Origin: Camelus dromedarius | Taxonomy: Eukaryota | Assembly: GCF_036321535.1 (NCBI RefSeq) | Contig: NC_087437.1 | Location: forward strand, 88,290,001-88,354,000 | Direction: 5' to 3' | DNA: 64,000 nucleotides | Shown: piece after piece, positions 49,501-63,116 of the stretch | Position numbering within the stretch: the first letter of the stretch is position 1 | Layout of the letters: every line of letters begins with the position of its first letter | Translations under genes and position numbers: made by a program | Notes under the pieces: model-generated | Database searches by the model: none | What the model was told of the DNA's origin: nothing | What the model saw: the letters and a program-made list of their open reading frames with translations, nothing else

Positions 49501-50498
49501 ATATCCACATTATATAAAGAAATACAACTCATTATCAAAAACCTTAAATATTTGATTGAATATAGGCAGAGAACTTGAATGGACATTTCTCCAAAGAAGA
49601 CATACAATGGCCAACAGGCACATGAAAAGATGCTCAACATCACTAATCATCAGGGAATGCAAATCAAAACCACAATGAAATATTACCTCACACTTGTCAA
49701 AATGGCTATTATCGAAAAGACAACAACTAACAAGTGCTGGCAAAGATACGGAGAAAAGGAAACTCTCATGCACTGTTGGTAGGAATGTAAATTGGTACAG
49801 CCATTATGGAAAACAGTATGGTGGTTCCTCAAAAAATTAAAAACAGAACTGCCATTTGATTCAACAATTCTACTTCTGGGTATTTACCTAAAGAAAATAG
49901 AATACAACTTTGAAAAGACATATGCTCCCTATGTTCATTGCCTCATTGTTGATAATAGTCAAGATATGGCTGCAACATAAGTGTTCATTGATAGATGAAT
50001 GGATAAAGAACATATGGTGTATATGTATAATTATTACTCAAACATAAAAAAGTAAAAAAGAATAAAATCTTGCCATTTGTGACAACATGGAGGGACCCAT
50101 AATAGTGTATTATGCTAAGTGAAATAAATCAGAGAAAGATAAATACTGTATGATCTCACTTCTATGTAGAATCTAAAAAACAAAACAAATGAATAAACAA
50201 AACAAAATAGAAACAGGCTTATAGATACAGAGAGGGATGCCAGAGGAAAGGTTGGGGGGGGTTGGGTGAAATAGGTTAAGGGGATTAAGAAGTACAAACT
50301 TTCAGTTATAAAAATAAGTGTCATGAGGATGTATTATACAACATAAGGAATATAGTCAATAATACTGTAATTTGTATAGTGACAGATGATTACTAGACTT
50401 ACAGCGATAATTTCATAATGTATTTAAGTGTCAAATCATGTGTTGTACACCTGAAACTAACATAATATTGTATGTCAATTATACTTCAATAAAATAAA
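46525..50498 (+). mobile_element. Near full-length L1 with internal deletion of the RT domain
   Basis: 5' UTR (caagatggtggaataggaag), ORF1 remnant ~47295-48200, ORF2 start atggcaataagtaca at 48664, and endonuclease to ~49320. It then jumps to the ORF2 C-terminus, 3' UTR and aataaa. Confidence 0.92.
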
Positions 50499-51317
50499 GA
50501 ATTGCATTATAACATAAATATCAATATATCATGAATTTTACAGACATAAATTTTAGAGGATGTAAATTTTCCACTATATATGTTGTATTTCTCCCTACAA
50601 ATATTGGTGCTTTTAAGCTTTCTCTAATTTATCTTAGAATAACTAACACTATTAACACCTTCTTCATAAAGCACCCCTCTCTCTCTCTGTCTCTCTCTTT
50701 CTCTCACTGCCAATTTATCCATATATATGAAACTAACTTTTAATTTGACAGAAACACTGAAAATTACAAGGTAAAATATATACAAAGAACATGAATTCTA
50801 TTGTTGGTGTTGACGCTGTTGCACGCATGCATGTATTTAGTATGTTTTGCATTTATTCACACATTCTTTCAAGGAGTTATTTCTTGAGCATTATGCACCA
50901 TGAACTATGCTGAATTAACATATACATGTGTTCCACAGGTTTATATATAAGTGCGCACATGTAAAGTTATACATACGCATTTCTTAAGGCTTTATGAATT
51001 GTCTGAGTTTATTGGATGTACTAGTTTTGAAACTTGCATTTTTCTCGTTGAGAAAGAACATACATCGGGAATTTTTCCTTGTTCTGCATTCCATTATAAC
51101 AGAGTTTACTAGAAATAATTGCTTGATAATACCTTGATCGACATTTTTCCATGTAAATTCAAAAAAGCATTTGGTGGCATTAGAATTCAAATGTATTAGG
51201 GACAGTTTTTAGGAGACACTGTGCACCTATTATGCCTGTAAGGAAAATCCTGGACATTGACTAGTTTATCTGATTTTTTTGTGTTTGTCAGTTCTTGGGA
51301 GATAGGCAATGAATGTA

Positions 51318-51839
51318 CAGGCATACCGCCTTTCACGGTGCTTCACTTTATTGCGCTTTGCAAATACTGTGTTTTTTACAAATTGAAGGTTTATGGAAAC
51401 CCTGTGTCAAGTAAGTCCATCAGTGCCGCTTTGCAATAGCATTGTGCACTTCATGTCTCTGTCACAGTTTGGCAATTCTCACAATATTTCGAACTTTTTA
51501 ATTATTATTCTTACTATGATTATTATTATGTTATATTATTCATTATTTGTTATGGTGATCTATGATCAATGATCTTTGATGTTACTATTGTAAAAAGATT
51601 ATGACTTGCTGAAGCTCAGATGATGGTTAGAATTTTTTAGCAATAAGCTTTTTTTTAAATTAAGCTATCAAAATTGTTTTAACAGACATAACGCTATTTT
51701 ATACTTAATCAATTACAGTACAGTGTAAACATAATTTTAAATGCACTGGGAAACCGAAAAATTTGTTTAACTTGCTTTATTGCAATATTTGCTTTATTGT
51801 GGTGGTCTGGAACCAAATCCGCAGTATCTCTGATGCCTG
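51318..51839 (+). mobile_element. Tigger1-derived non-autonomous DNA transposon
   Basis: ta|caggcatacc...gtatctctgatgcctg|ta, with TIRs, TA TSD and Tigger1 end sequences. Confidence 0.92.
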
Positions 51840-53599
51840 TAAATACAGTTGAAAAGAAGTCTAGGTTTAAGTATAAAGGTCTAACATAGCTCTCTACACA
51901 GTGTAAAATAATTTTTAATCCTGCAAATTTGTCCACCAAATTTCTAAGTGAAGGTATTTCATATCATCAAAGTATTAAAAAAAACCCAGGTATCATGAAC
52001 AGAATTAAAAGAATGAATTTAGTGTTTGACTTATATTTTGAGTATTTTCTAAAATTTTTGCCAGAGTATTAAAACTTATTTTAGATATAATTTAAACTGC
52101 ACATAGCTCTCAGCCTTAGTAGGCCTTCTAATTTTAATACTTACTTAATAAGTGGTATTTATTACATTCTTTGACTACATTGTGAGGTAGTCTACTGGTA
52201 TATAAGACGCATTGGGTTACAAGTTTAAATATCATAAAACTAACATAGATGCTTTATGAGTACTCTAAAACAATTTAAAATGTGATAAGTGAATGTTTCA
52301 GAGAGAATGCCTAGAGTATTAGCTGTAATTCCTTCAGCAAGATGATAAACTGCAGTGACAATAAAAATAGCTTCTTATCACATTCCATCTCTAGGGAAAG
52401 AATTTAATGTGTTCTCTTATAAGTCAGGCTGCATCAGAGAAAAATGCTTTTATTTATAAGTCAAGGAAAATATTTTCATTAGTGAGTGCAGTAAATTAGG
52501 AACATTTGAGGTGTATAAATATTAAGTAGATGATTTATTTTCTTAGCAGCCCAATCTTGCAGAAACTTTTCTGAGGCCTTTATAAAGCACAAACCTCTAT
52601 TTAAATGTTAGAACATAGAATCAACCAGAGAGATTAAACAATGAAAAATACAAAAGTTGTACAAATTTCTGAGACTTTTATATTTACCTTTCAGTGTACC
52701 AACTTTATCAGAACTTCACATTAATAAATCAGCTATACTTCAATAATAAAAAAGATTAAAAATAATTTCACATTAAGTGAACAGTTCGAACATTCATTAT
52801 CTAAATTACTAAAAACCTGTTATAGAGACATTTAAAAGTATTTTCCTTAAAGGTGGTCCTGCAGCATTGGTAAGTTGGAAAATAATGCTAAGAAGCTGCA
52901 ATGACATTTGCTGGAATGGATACCTGATTTTGTTGGACAACTCAGCATGTGAAATATAGCATTGAGATTTTCCTCTTACCAACTTTTCTTCTTGAGTTAT
53001 GCTCCTATTTCTTATTAATCTTCATTATGCTTTTTGTACTTAAATCATGGACTCATGTTTTAGAGAAATGATTCTACTCTTGGGCCTACTTTCAATTAAA
53101 TGCTTTTCATTCAAACCAATTTAATTCAATTTAATAAATACATACCATGAGGCAGACATTGCACTGCATTTGGAAAACAATGGTAATCATTTTAGACTCA
53201 TATCTTACTTTAGGAGATTACAATTTTGCAGCGAAGACAAATTTAAAATGGTAAATAAATATTTATTATAAAAAGTGCAATAAGAGTATGTTGCAAGTAG
53301 CAAAATAGCCTTCTTTTTTATGGTGAGTTGTATTCCAAAATATATACATATATATATACGCTGCATCTTTATTATCTGTTCAACTATTGATGTGGACTTA
53401 AGATGCTTCCATATTTTAGCAATTATAAATAATGTTGCTGTTAAGAGCAGGGTGTATGTATCTTTCTGAATTAATTCTTATTTTGTGGTTGGCTTTATTC
53501 CTTTGATAACTAAGTAAGTTTATAGAGCTAAAGCTCTAAACGTTCTTAGAAACAATGAACAGTACATATATGTAAATTAAAAATATATGTGCAGTAAAA

Positions 53600-54098
53600 A
53601 AAAAAAATCTATCAAGCCATGAAAGACATGAAAGAAGCGTAAAATGAAAGAAGCCAGTCTGAAAAGGCTACAAACTGCAAGATTCTAACCAAATGACATT
53701 CTAGAAAAGGCACAGCTACAGAAACAATAAAAAGATCATAGTTTCCAGGGGTTTGGGGAGAGGGAGGGAGGAATGAATAGACGGAGCACAAGGGATTTTG
53801 GGGGCAATGAAATTATTCTGTATGATACTATAGTGGTGGCTACATGTCATTATGCATTTGTCAAAACCTATAGAATGTACAACATCAAGAGTGAACCCTA
53901 ATGTAAACTATGGACTTTGATTGATAATAATGTGCCCATGTCGGTTAATCGATTGTATCAAATATGCCACACTGATGAGGGATGTTGAGGGTAGGGGAGT
54001 ATATATGTGTTGGTGGGGAGGGCTATGTGTGAACTCTGTATTTTCTGCTCAATTCTGTTGTGAACCTGCTCTAAAAGAACAGTCCATTTTTAAAAAAG
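53600..54098 (+). mobile_element. L1MC-type 3' end
   Basis: gaaagaagccagtctgaaaaggctac...gagtgaaccctaatgtaaactatggactttg. Confidence 0.88.
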
Positions 54099-56059
54099 TA
54101 TGTTGCAAAAGAAATGGACTAACCAAATGGATTAGGGATGGTTCCCTAAAAAATTGTTCTTCAAATTGATTTGGAATTTGCTAAATTGAGAATGGAAAGT
54201 TAAGACTTGTTCTAACTGAAGGGAACATATTTTTTAAGGCCTTTAGATTAGATGAGGTCCTCAATATTAAAAGTGGATTGATCAAACATGATAAATGGTG
54301 TGATTTTCTATGATAGAGAACACAGCTGGAGGAGTAGATTAGATGGGGATACAGAAGGTGAGTAATAGGTTTAAGACAGTCCTGCTCCTAATATTTGTAA
54401 CACTTGAACACAAATGGAAGCTTACTGTGTGATTAATAATTAAATATTTTAAGTCAAGCTAGTAATATTACATCATATATGTTCTACAAATTTACTGACA
54501 GATACAACTATACTAAAAATTCCCCAAAATGTAAAATTATGGTTTTTATATCACTGAAAATTTGCAAAATATCAAAGATAAGAATTTAGTTATTATACAC
54601 ATCTTGGTGTTCTTGGATAAATAGCAATGTCTGGACACAGTAAGATAAAGAGATGTAATTCCCAATCAATTACTTCTTATTACTTGAAATTATTTTATTG
54701 CCTTTATTTCAGCAAATCCACTAATTATACTGTAATAATTATGGTTTTCACACAATTCATGTTCTTTTGACATTAATGCCAAATAAGATCATTTGAATCA
54801 TAATAATTCCTAGGTAGCTTCTTAAAGTTATTTTACTAGCAAAACTGATTTTTTGAAAAATTAGGAAATTGAACTCTCAAAAAATTATTAAAATAATACA
54901 CAGACTTTAGATAAATTGACTTCAAACACTGTAAGAGACTCTTACACAATAAATTATCCTTATCACAGAAAAATATTGCAAAATATTTTAATGTATTTAC
55001 ATAAATTACTATCACTTACATCATTTTAACCATCTCTTGAAGTACTATGTAGTTCCATATGGAAATAAAGAATATGTTTCAGATACAGACATATTTTTAT
55101 GCAATTAATGCATTTAAAAAATAACACAAATAAATACTGTCAATTTTCTTCATCTCACATGTGCAACCCTTGTGGATACCATGCTAAACCTTGAGTACCT
55201 CTAGAATTATAAATGAAAGATGAAGAAAAACAAATAGCAGATAATTGACACTATTGGCAAACAGTTCTTTGTTAGGAAAGAACACCCTACAATCCTGCTG
55301 AGAGGAAGAATTGGACAAATTAGTTTGTTTACTTTTTCTCTGCCACTGCTCAAAACTGAACTCACCTTTTGAAGTGGCTTCAATTCAGATGCTGGTAGTG
55401 GCAAAATCTTTAGACTGTCATTGCATTTGGCCACAGTCACATTTCGTTTCAAGGACACAGGATGAGTGATGTGAAGAACAATTTTCCTGGGGCCTAAGCA
55501 GTGTTAGTTAGAATGAGAATAAATGTGTAAGTGTAAGGGGTGCTCTGTGCTGGTGTGGAGTGCCAAATCCTGAGTTACAGAGGCACTCATGTGTTCTTCA
55601 GCAAATTTACTTTTAGAATATTTTTGGTATGTGGGACCCCTAAGGTTCAGGGGCCCAGAGAAGGGACCCCTCTTACTAGTTCCAAGAGTTGTGCTTGTTT
55701 AATGTATGGTTTTGAGTCACTGGAAACATTCAGTTGGAATATCCAAGCAGCAGCTAGCTAAACATATGAATCTAGAGCTAAAAAGAATTGGAAACCATCA
55801 GCATGCTAATGGTTATTGCACAAAACCATCTCTCTAGCCAGCCAGCTGTTTGAAGTTCTCATTATCAAGTTCACTGACCAGACATTCTCATAGAGTGGGA
55901 GAAGTATATATTGAATGAGCCACTACAGCTTGATATCAAGGTGTTTTTTTTCCCACTGTTGCTATCTGAAGTATTTATCTCTGTCATAATGAAGATGGCA
56001 ATCTAATAAGAGAGGTAGGTATTGTTAAAAAGAGGAAAAATAAAATAAAGGTCTAACTT

Positions 56060-56770
56060 AGTTTGGCATACTTAAGGGAAGCTCTTCCTGAAAGAGCAAT
56101 GTAAAAACTGACATTTAAAAAATGATAACAACTTATCTAGATGAAAAGAGGGGCAGAAGACATACTCTGAAAATGCCATGAAATTTGAGCTATTCAAGGG
56201 ATAGAAAAAAAGACATGGATAGAATATAAAGGTTAGAGTGGTTAGTGAGCGTTAAATTGAGTATCTTGTGAGTTCTGGTAGGGGTTTTAGAAACTATATT
56301 AAAGACAACTGGAAGTCACCAAAGTATATTGGGTGGGAATAAATATTCAGATCTGAGTTTTAAAAATTCATACTCTGGCTCCTGTATTGAAAGGGGTAAG
56401 AGAAAAGAACTCCTAAAAAGAAAATAGAATGTTATTGAAGTAGAGAGAATATTGAGTTTTGGATGAAGGTGTTGATAGTAAGAATAGAGACAAGAGAGTA
56501 GAGTGAACAAATTATGTATAATATAGGATTGATAATACAATGGTCAAGAGGAAGATGTTAATATGGTGGCTCTTTCCTTGGCTCAAGCTGTTTTGCGGAT
56601 GGGGTTACCATTTGCTGAGTAAGAGACAAAGGAGGAGAAGGAGGATAACTGGTTTAGATGCGTGTGTAACTTGAGGTGCCTCTGATGTCCAAGTGGAGAT
56701 GTCAGCAGGCAACTGAACACGTGTTCTGGAGATCAGGAGAGAGGTCTTGATTAAAGATATAAATGTGCTG
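56060..56770 (-). mobile_element. L2 fragments
   Basis: gatgtccaagtggagatgtcagcaggcaactg...ctggagatcaggagagaggtc. Confidence 0.75.
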
Positions 56771-58059
56771 ATCAGGAAAATAAAATCTGGTCAAGAGGAT
56801 GCCTGGTCAATTCTTAACTCAGTCTTTATTATGTTCATTGCTTGTTTTACTATGTAGTCACAAAAGTGACTGGAATATCTTTATATTTTTATTAGTTCTT
56901 ATGTATCTAGCTCATCCATATACTTTTGATTTATTTAATACGTTTTATTTCTGTCAATGGTACCCATAAAATACCCTTAGAGTATTATACCCTGATGCCT
57001 CTTACAAACATACTTGACAGTTTAACCTAATAATTTCTCTTTATTTTGCTACCTTTTTCTCCTGATTAGCACTAGCCATTATATATTAGGACAACCAAAA
57101 TAGTTAAAATAAAAGACCCAGAATAGTTAAAATTGAATGATTTTACTTTTATAGAAAATTATTGCTATTTAAAATTTCATTTATTTGAAAAAACAACCTA
57201 AAATGATATTTAACTTAGAAGGATGAACTAATAGGATATGCTTTCATGAAACAATTAGATGACAGATTTAGTGCTCAAATCGAATGATTTGTTAAATGTC
57301 TTGTTCTAATATGTTTTAGTCTCTGAGAAGATTCTTTTTGCTATTTCTCTTTCACAAAAGGTAGTCACTTTGTATCTAATAAAAGGGAAAAAATCACATT
57401 GTTGTAAGACTCAATGCTGTTATTCTCTATTTTAAAATTCCAGCCAAACTAGCTTGAAATACATTAAAAATAAATTATCAGTATGCAATTACTGTAGGTA
57501 GATATTGTGCTGTCACCAAAAAAATAATAGGTGAATGGCAAATGAAACGCATGGTTGATGAGGTGCTATTTGTAACCAAGAACATGGTTCCTGATAAATC
57601 ATAAACTGTCTAATTAAGAAACAGAAATATGCACATTGAGAGACAGGCTGTCTAATATTCATCACATGAAGATAGATATTATTTGGTTTATAATGCCTTT
57701 ACTAAATAAACTCAGTTTTAAATAACTCTTGTATCTTTTAATCAAGGCAATGGAGTATATTGTTCTGGGTTCCAGTTGTGAAAGCAGCTATGGGATTGTG
57801 TGCCGAAGGTATGTGTTGAGGCTTTAGGCCACATCAGCCCAACTTCTCTGACATCTCCACCACCGCAGTCCTCACTTTCCTAGTCATATGCGTCGCATTC
57901 CTTTTTTAGACATCAGTTCTGCACTCTGTAGGAGTAAACTTGGAAGTCTTTCAGCTTTTTAAAAAAACTCAATTTCTGATTGTAAAATATCATATTTTAG
58001 AAAATGTTCCCAGTTTTTAGCAAACATTTAAACATTCCAGTTTGTGTGACTTCCACTGT

Positions 58060-58500
58060 TATTAATTCAACAAACATCGATAAAGCAAATGCCCAACTGT
58101 ATTTCCTACTCCTAGGGGTTCACTGACAAGAGAGGAAGACCAACATGTAAACAACATGAGCACTTACAGACAACAGGCGTGAAAAAGCAGGTGGGCAAAA
58201 TGAGAGGGGAGCAGGGAAGGGAGGATTTAGGAGATAATCTTCACAAAGAGGTGGGTGGTGACTGAACTGAATTTGAAGAGTAACAGTCACTGGGGGTTGC
58301 ACTGGGGGGAGACATTATAGGTAGAAGCAGTAAATGATATATAGGTGCAAAAAGGTGGTAGGTATGAGGTCGCAGGTAGTTCAATAGGCCTGGCTGGCCA
58401 AGTTGGGCAAGTGACACAGGATGAAACTGGAGAGGTCCTATGGGATAGATCATAAAAGCACTGTTGATAGGTCTGTGCTTCTTGAGTGGAGAATGCAGAA
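58060..58500 (-). mobile_element. L2 fragment
   Basis: attaattcaacaaacatcgataaag...cttcacaaagaggtg...gaactgaatttgaag. Confidence 0.55.
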
Positions 58501-58643
58501 AAGTCAACACTGCATGTGTCCTTTGAGCATCAAATTAAGTTAATGTTTTGAGGGAGAAATGTTGAAATGAGCTTTGAAGAGGCTTTCCCACATACACTTA
58601 AAATCTAAAGACGAGATTCCTACTTTTCCATGTTAATTAATGA

Positions 58644-58645
<2 letters not shown>

Positions 58646-58685
<40 letters not shown>
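58646..58685. repeat. (GT)20 microsatellite
   Basis: Perfect 40-bp GT run. Confidence 0.98.
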
Positions 58686-58687
<2 letters not shown>

Positions 58688-58784
58688 GGGTAACTTCTGG
58701 GGGTAGAAAACCCAGTGATATTTCTATCTACATCTTTATCTGATATTGAGTTTTCACTATATCGTGACAAATTGAACATTTAAG

Positions 58785-58950
58785 ACACAATTATATGTAT
58801 CAGGCACTGTTCTAAGTATTTTATAAGTGATAATATAATCCTTATGACAGTTCTATAAAGTAAGAGCCATCATGATCTCCATTTTACTATTTATGAAACT
58901 GAGCCTCAGAGAAATTAGTAACTTACCTATGCATGAACTTACCATACCAT
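58785..58950 (-). mobile_element. MIR SINE
   Basis: caggcactgttctaagta...ctccattttact...gaaactgagcctcagaga. Confidence 0.8.
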
Positions 58951-58959
58951 TCGTAAGTA

Positions 58960-59430
58960 TACAGAGTGCACATTTATTTTTTGGCTTAAAAAACTACAAT
59001 GCATTTATTATCTGGCAATTGTAGGGGTCAGAAGTCCAAAATTAGTCTCAGTGGAGACTCAAGGTGTCAGCATTAATGGTTCTAGCTGGAGGCTCTAAAT
59101 TGAGAATCTGTTTCTTGGTCTTTTTCAACTTCTAGAAGTTGCTCTAGAAGCCTATAGAAGCCAACTTCTAGATACACCTAGAGGCCACATGCCCTGGCTT
59201 GTGAACCCTTCCCTGTGTCACTTTTATCTCTTGTTCTGACATTATGTCTCCTACTACCACTTTGATGTCCTATTTCTCTCATAGAAGGGTCCTTATGATT
59301 ACACCAAGCCCATACAGATAATACAGGATAATCTCCCCATCGCATGATCTTTAAATTAATCACACCACAGATTTCAAAGATTAGGACCTGGAATCTTTGA
59401 GGAGCTATTATTTGGCTACCACTCAAAACA
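58960..59430 (-). mobile_element. MLT1 (MaLR) LTR
   Basis: ggcttaaaaaactac...tttattatct...ggggtcagaagtccaaa...gattaggacctggaatctttgaggagctattatt. Confidence 0.8.
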
Positions 59431-59639
59431 ATGCTAAGATAAGATTGCACATTTAAATGGCAGTTCCTTGAGTCCCTCAAGCACAGATTCTTACTCATGA
59501 GTTCTGGGATAGGGGTCTAGTAATTTTCATAATTAAGGAACCAAAATAATTATGATAGAGTTGGTTGAAAAATTCCATTTAAAAATAGTGCTGTGATAGT
59601 TCTGACAATTCAAAAAATAAGAATGAAGAAACTTTTGAG

Positions 59640-60960
59640 ACTATGAAATAAAAGGCAAAGAGGTGGAAAATATGAAAGAAACGTAAGTGCCATATATGAC
59701 ATTGGTTTGTCCAATTATAACCAGCAGGGGCTCTACAAAGAGAAAAGAATGTAGGGAATTTGCAAAGTAGTAACTCAGGACATTTCCCCATAATAAAATA
59801 GTTTTTAATTAATAATATTCAACACTTATTTTATGGGGGCAATTGCAAAAAAGGCGTAACACTGAATTTTTCAGTTTCATTATGTTCACAGTTATCAGGT
59901 TAGTTCAGGCTTTTCTCTTCACAGTTTCTATTTTCTCTTCCAGGTTGTGATTCCAACAAATACATTAGAAAGTTCTCAGTACTTGAAATTCAAAAACTTG
60001 CAAGTAGAAGAAAAACGTCTTCAAAGAAACAAGAATTTGGCATTTCATTGCCAACTCTAGATCATAGGACAAAGAAAGATGCCTTCAGAATTCTTAGGGG
60101 ACATATTTTGAACTTGGAATTCTATATTCAAATTATCAAGCAATTGTGAGGGCAGGAAAAAAAACATACAAAAACTCAAAAAGTAACCTATAAAAACCCA
60201 CACCAAGAATGTTACTCAAAGATCTGCTTCAGTCAGATGATAGTGTGAACCAAGAAAGAAGAGGGTGTGAGTTCTAAGAAACACTGGGTCCAATATGGGA
60301 GTGACAGGGAAGAGAGCTGCATGGCTCACTTTGAGTGTTATCAGTCCAGATTAGAGTAGGAGGAAGGAAAGTTCTAGAGAAGGCTAAGAGAGAAGAATTC
60401 AAGGAAAAAGGGAGTTGATAGTATAACTGAAATGATGAAGAACTAAAAATAATTGAGGCTCTGATAAATACAAATTATGGAAGAGATATGTAAGCTGATT
60501 TACTGATTATAAACAATATCAAACTACAATGTTCAATCACATAATGCAGGCAATGTTTACTGATGTTCAGTTTAAAAAATCAAACCATAGACATCTGATG
60601 ACAGATGCAGAACAGAATTAAATGGCTTCACATTCTACTACGTGAAGCAAAACTTTTGGAGTTGGAGGAAGGAGAACTGAAGGGAAAGATAGAACATGCT
60701 GACTTGATGGAAAATATGTAAAGGTAAAATTATACAACTTAAAATAAAAATGCTAAATTAGTCAGTATGAAGTAAATATAATAGAAAAATTAAGAAATCA
60801 ATAAAAATGACAAAGCATATATATAATTTAGATATGGACATAAGCATCAAATTTAAATTAGAATCAGTTAAAATAATTGAAATGATTCCCTTCAGATTAC
60901 AGAACTGCAGATTTGGAATGATGAGACATTTTTATTACACACCCCTCTGATTTACTATTT
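59640..60960 (+). mobile_element. Old L1ME/HAL1-like ORF1-region remnant
   Basis: aaagatgccttcagaattcttaggggacatattttgaacttggaattctatattc...aattatcaag. Confidence 0.55.
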
Positions 60961-61001
60961 TATGCATGTCAGGGTGTTAAAAGTTAAAAATCTATATTAA
61001 A

Positions 61002-61213
61002 ACAACAAGGTTATACTGTATAGCACAGGGAACTATATTCAATATATTGTAATAACCTAGATTGGAAAAGAACGTGAAAAGGTATATATATATATACACA
61101 CACACACACACATATATATATAAATATATATATAACTGAATCACTCTGCTGTACACCAGAAACAACATTGTAAATCAACTATGCTTCAATTAAAATTTTT
61201 TAATAAAAAATAG
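61002..61213 (+). mobile_element. Short L1 3' end with internal (TA)n(CA)n
   Basis: acaacaaggttatactgtatagcacagggaactatattcaa...aacattgtaaatcaactatgcttcaat. Perfect 14-bp TSD aaatctatattaaa at 60988-61001 and 61214-61227. Confidence 0.93.
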
Positions 61214-62639
61214 AAATCTATATTAAATAACAATTAATAAAATCATATATTAATCTACAAAAATAAAAATAAAATTCTTAATGCTAATTTAAACTGAACG
61301 TAGAAGGATTCCTGGGCATCTTGAAGATGGTTGTAACTTTTTCTTTTTCTCTTATTATCAAGTCTCATTAGACAATATAGTTTTATAAAACAGTTTTTGT
61401 CTCTTTCCTCAAAGCTGGTTTCTTGGGAGCAATTCTTACTCAGACCAGACTAATTTTTAACTTCAGATCCCAGTATTCTTCCTGCTTTAGGTTTGCACTC
61501 AAAAGTACTACAAACGACATGAGGTATTTTTTAGTCCACCTGACCGTCTGAAACTTTTGACTCAGCAGGAATGGTGATACCATACAAGACCTTTTCTCTA
61601 CCTTTTCTCTGTACCTACTTCCCAGTGAGACTGAACTAATCCTAAAGGCAAACTTGGCAATGGTTATGCTCCCATGAGTATATTGTCTGCAACAGAGAAG
61701 GGTACTGGAAAACACATAGGAAAGAAATCTGAGTACCCCAGACTTAAGCATGCACTTAAGTATGGTTGTTAGCAGGCACAGGTTATTCCAGGCTTTTGAT
61801 TGACAATCCCCCACCTCTCCACTAGGCTGAGGTTCCAACCTAATGACCAGGACAACTGTCAGTTCTTAGTATTAAGCTTCCTCGAAAACATAAGTCTTAT
61901 ATTTTATTCAACAGTCTGAGTTTTTCTCTTAATTTTAAACGTTTGTTTTAAACACAACAACTTAGAATAACTTACATTCATTCCAATTACACACAAACAA
62001 TGTCAAAATCTGGTAAGGCCTACATATTTAATTTTAGGAAATATAACTGACATCTACTCTGTTCTTCATTAAAATGATGAGTAGCATATTACTGACCTTT
62101 TGACAAATACTTGGTTTTGATCACCTTGAGAATGATCTCAAAATCATATGCGGCTGTTGTTAAAAGTACACACATCTTATTGCCTTCTTGGTCTTACTGA
62201 ATCATAAATGCTCAGGGTAGAGCACAGGCATCTATTTTATTTTTGTAAGGTCTCTGTAATTTTCCAATATTTATCACTGTTTCCAAGTCGTTAGCACCCC
62301 TTCTACAAAGCCAGATTTGTCTCTTAATTTGACTCTAGTAAATATCCAGCTTAAGAACAGGAGTTGAATTTCCCCCATTCATCCAGCTGCTCATTTGTCA
62401 CAAATAATAGGTATCTTCTACTTATGGGCACTGTACTAAGTCCTGGACACAGGATCAACTGAAGATCTCAGCTTTTGGGGTGAGGCAGGGTCTTAAGTGT
62501 ATAGGACAGAAGGGAATTAATGAACTATTATGGCAATTTAATATAAATTATATAGAGGAATGTAATTTCTCCTTTGCATACTTTGTGAGGTTCTGAGAAA
62601 TGAGATAACACATATCTTTGTGAGTTACAAATTCATATA

Positions 62640-63116
62640 CAAGCATACCTTGTTTGACTGTGCTTCACTTCACTGTGCTTCACAGATACTGCATTTTTTA
62701 CTAATTGAAGGTTTGTGGCAACCCTGTGTTGAGCAAGTCCAACAAGGACATTTCTTCAACAGCCTTTGCTCACTTCATATCTCTGTACCACATTTTGGTA
62801 ATTCTCACAACAGTTAAGAGGTTTTCATTCTTATCATATCTGTTATGGTGATCCGTGATCACGGATCTTTGATATTACTACTAACATGTGCTGAAGGCTC
62901 GGATGGTTGTTAGCATTCTTCAGCAATAAAGCATTTTTTAATTAAGGCATATACATTTTTTAGGCATAATGCAACTGCACACTTAATAAACAACAGTACA
63001 GTGTAAACATAACTTTTCTATGCGTGGGAAATAAAAAATTGTGTGACTTGCTTTATTGCAATATTCACTTTATTGTGGTCTGGAACCGAACCCACAGTAT
63101 CTCTAAGGTAGGCCTG
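62640..63116 (+). mobile_element. Tigger1-derived non-autonomous DNA transposon (second copy)
   Basis: ta|caagcatacc...ctctaaggtaggcctg|ta; same structure as 51318-51839. Confidence 0.92.

Noticed and set aside
49102..49980. Longest ORFs in the track (158, 67 and 62 aa)
   Set aside because: Frameshifted L1 ORF2 remnants.
61440..61838. 132-aa ORF
   Set aside because: It has a non-ATG start, no recognisable domain and no convincing splice sites; it may be old LTR-derived sequence.
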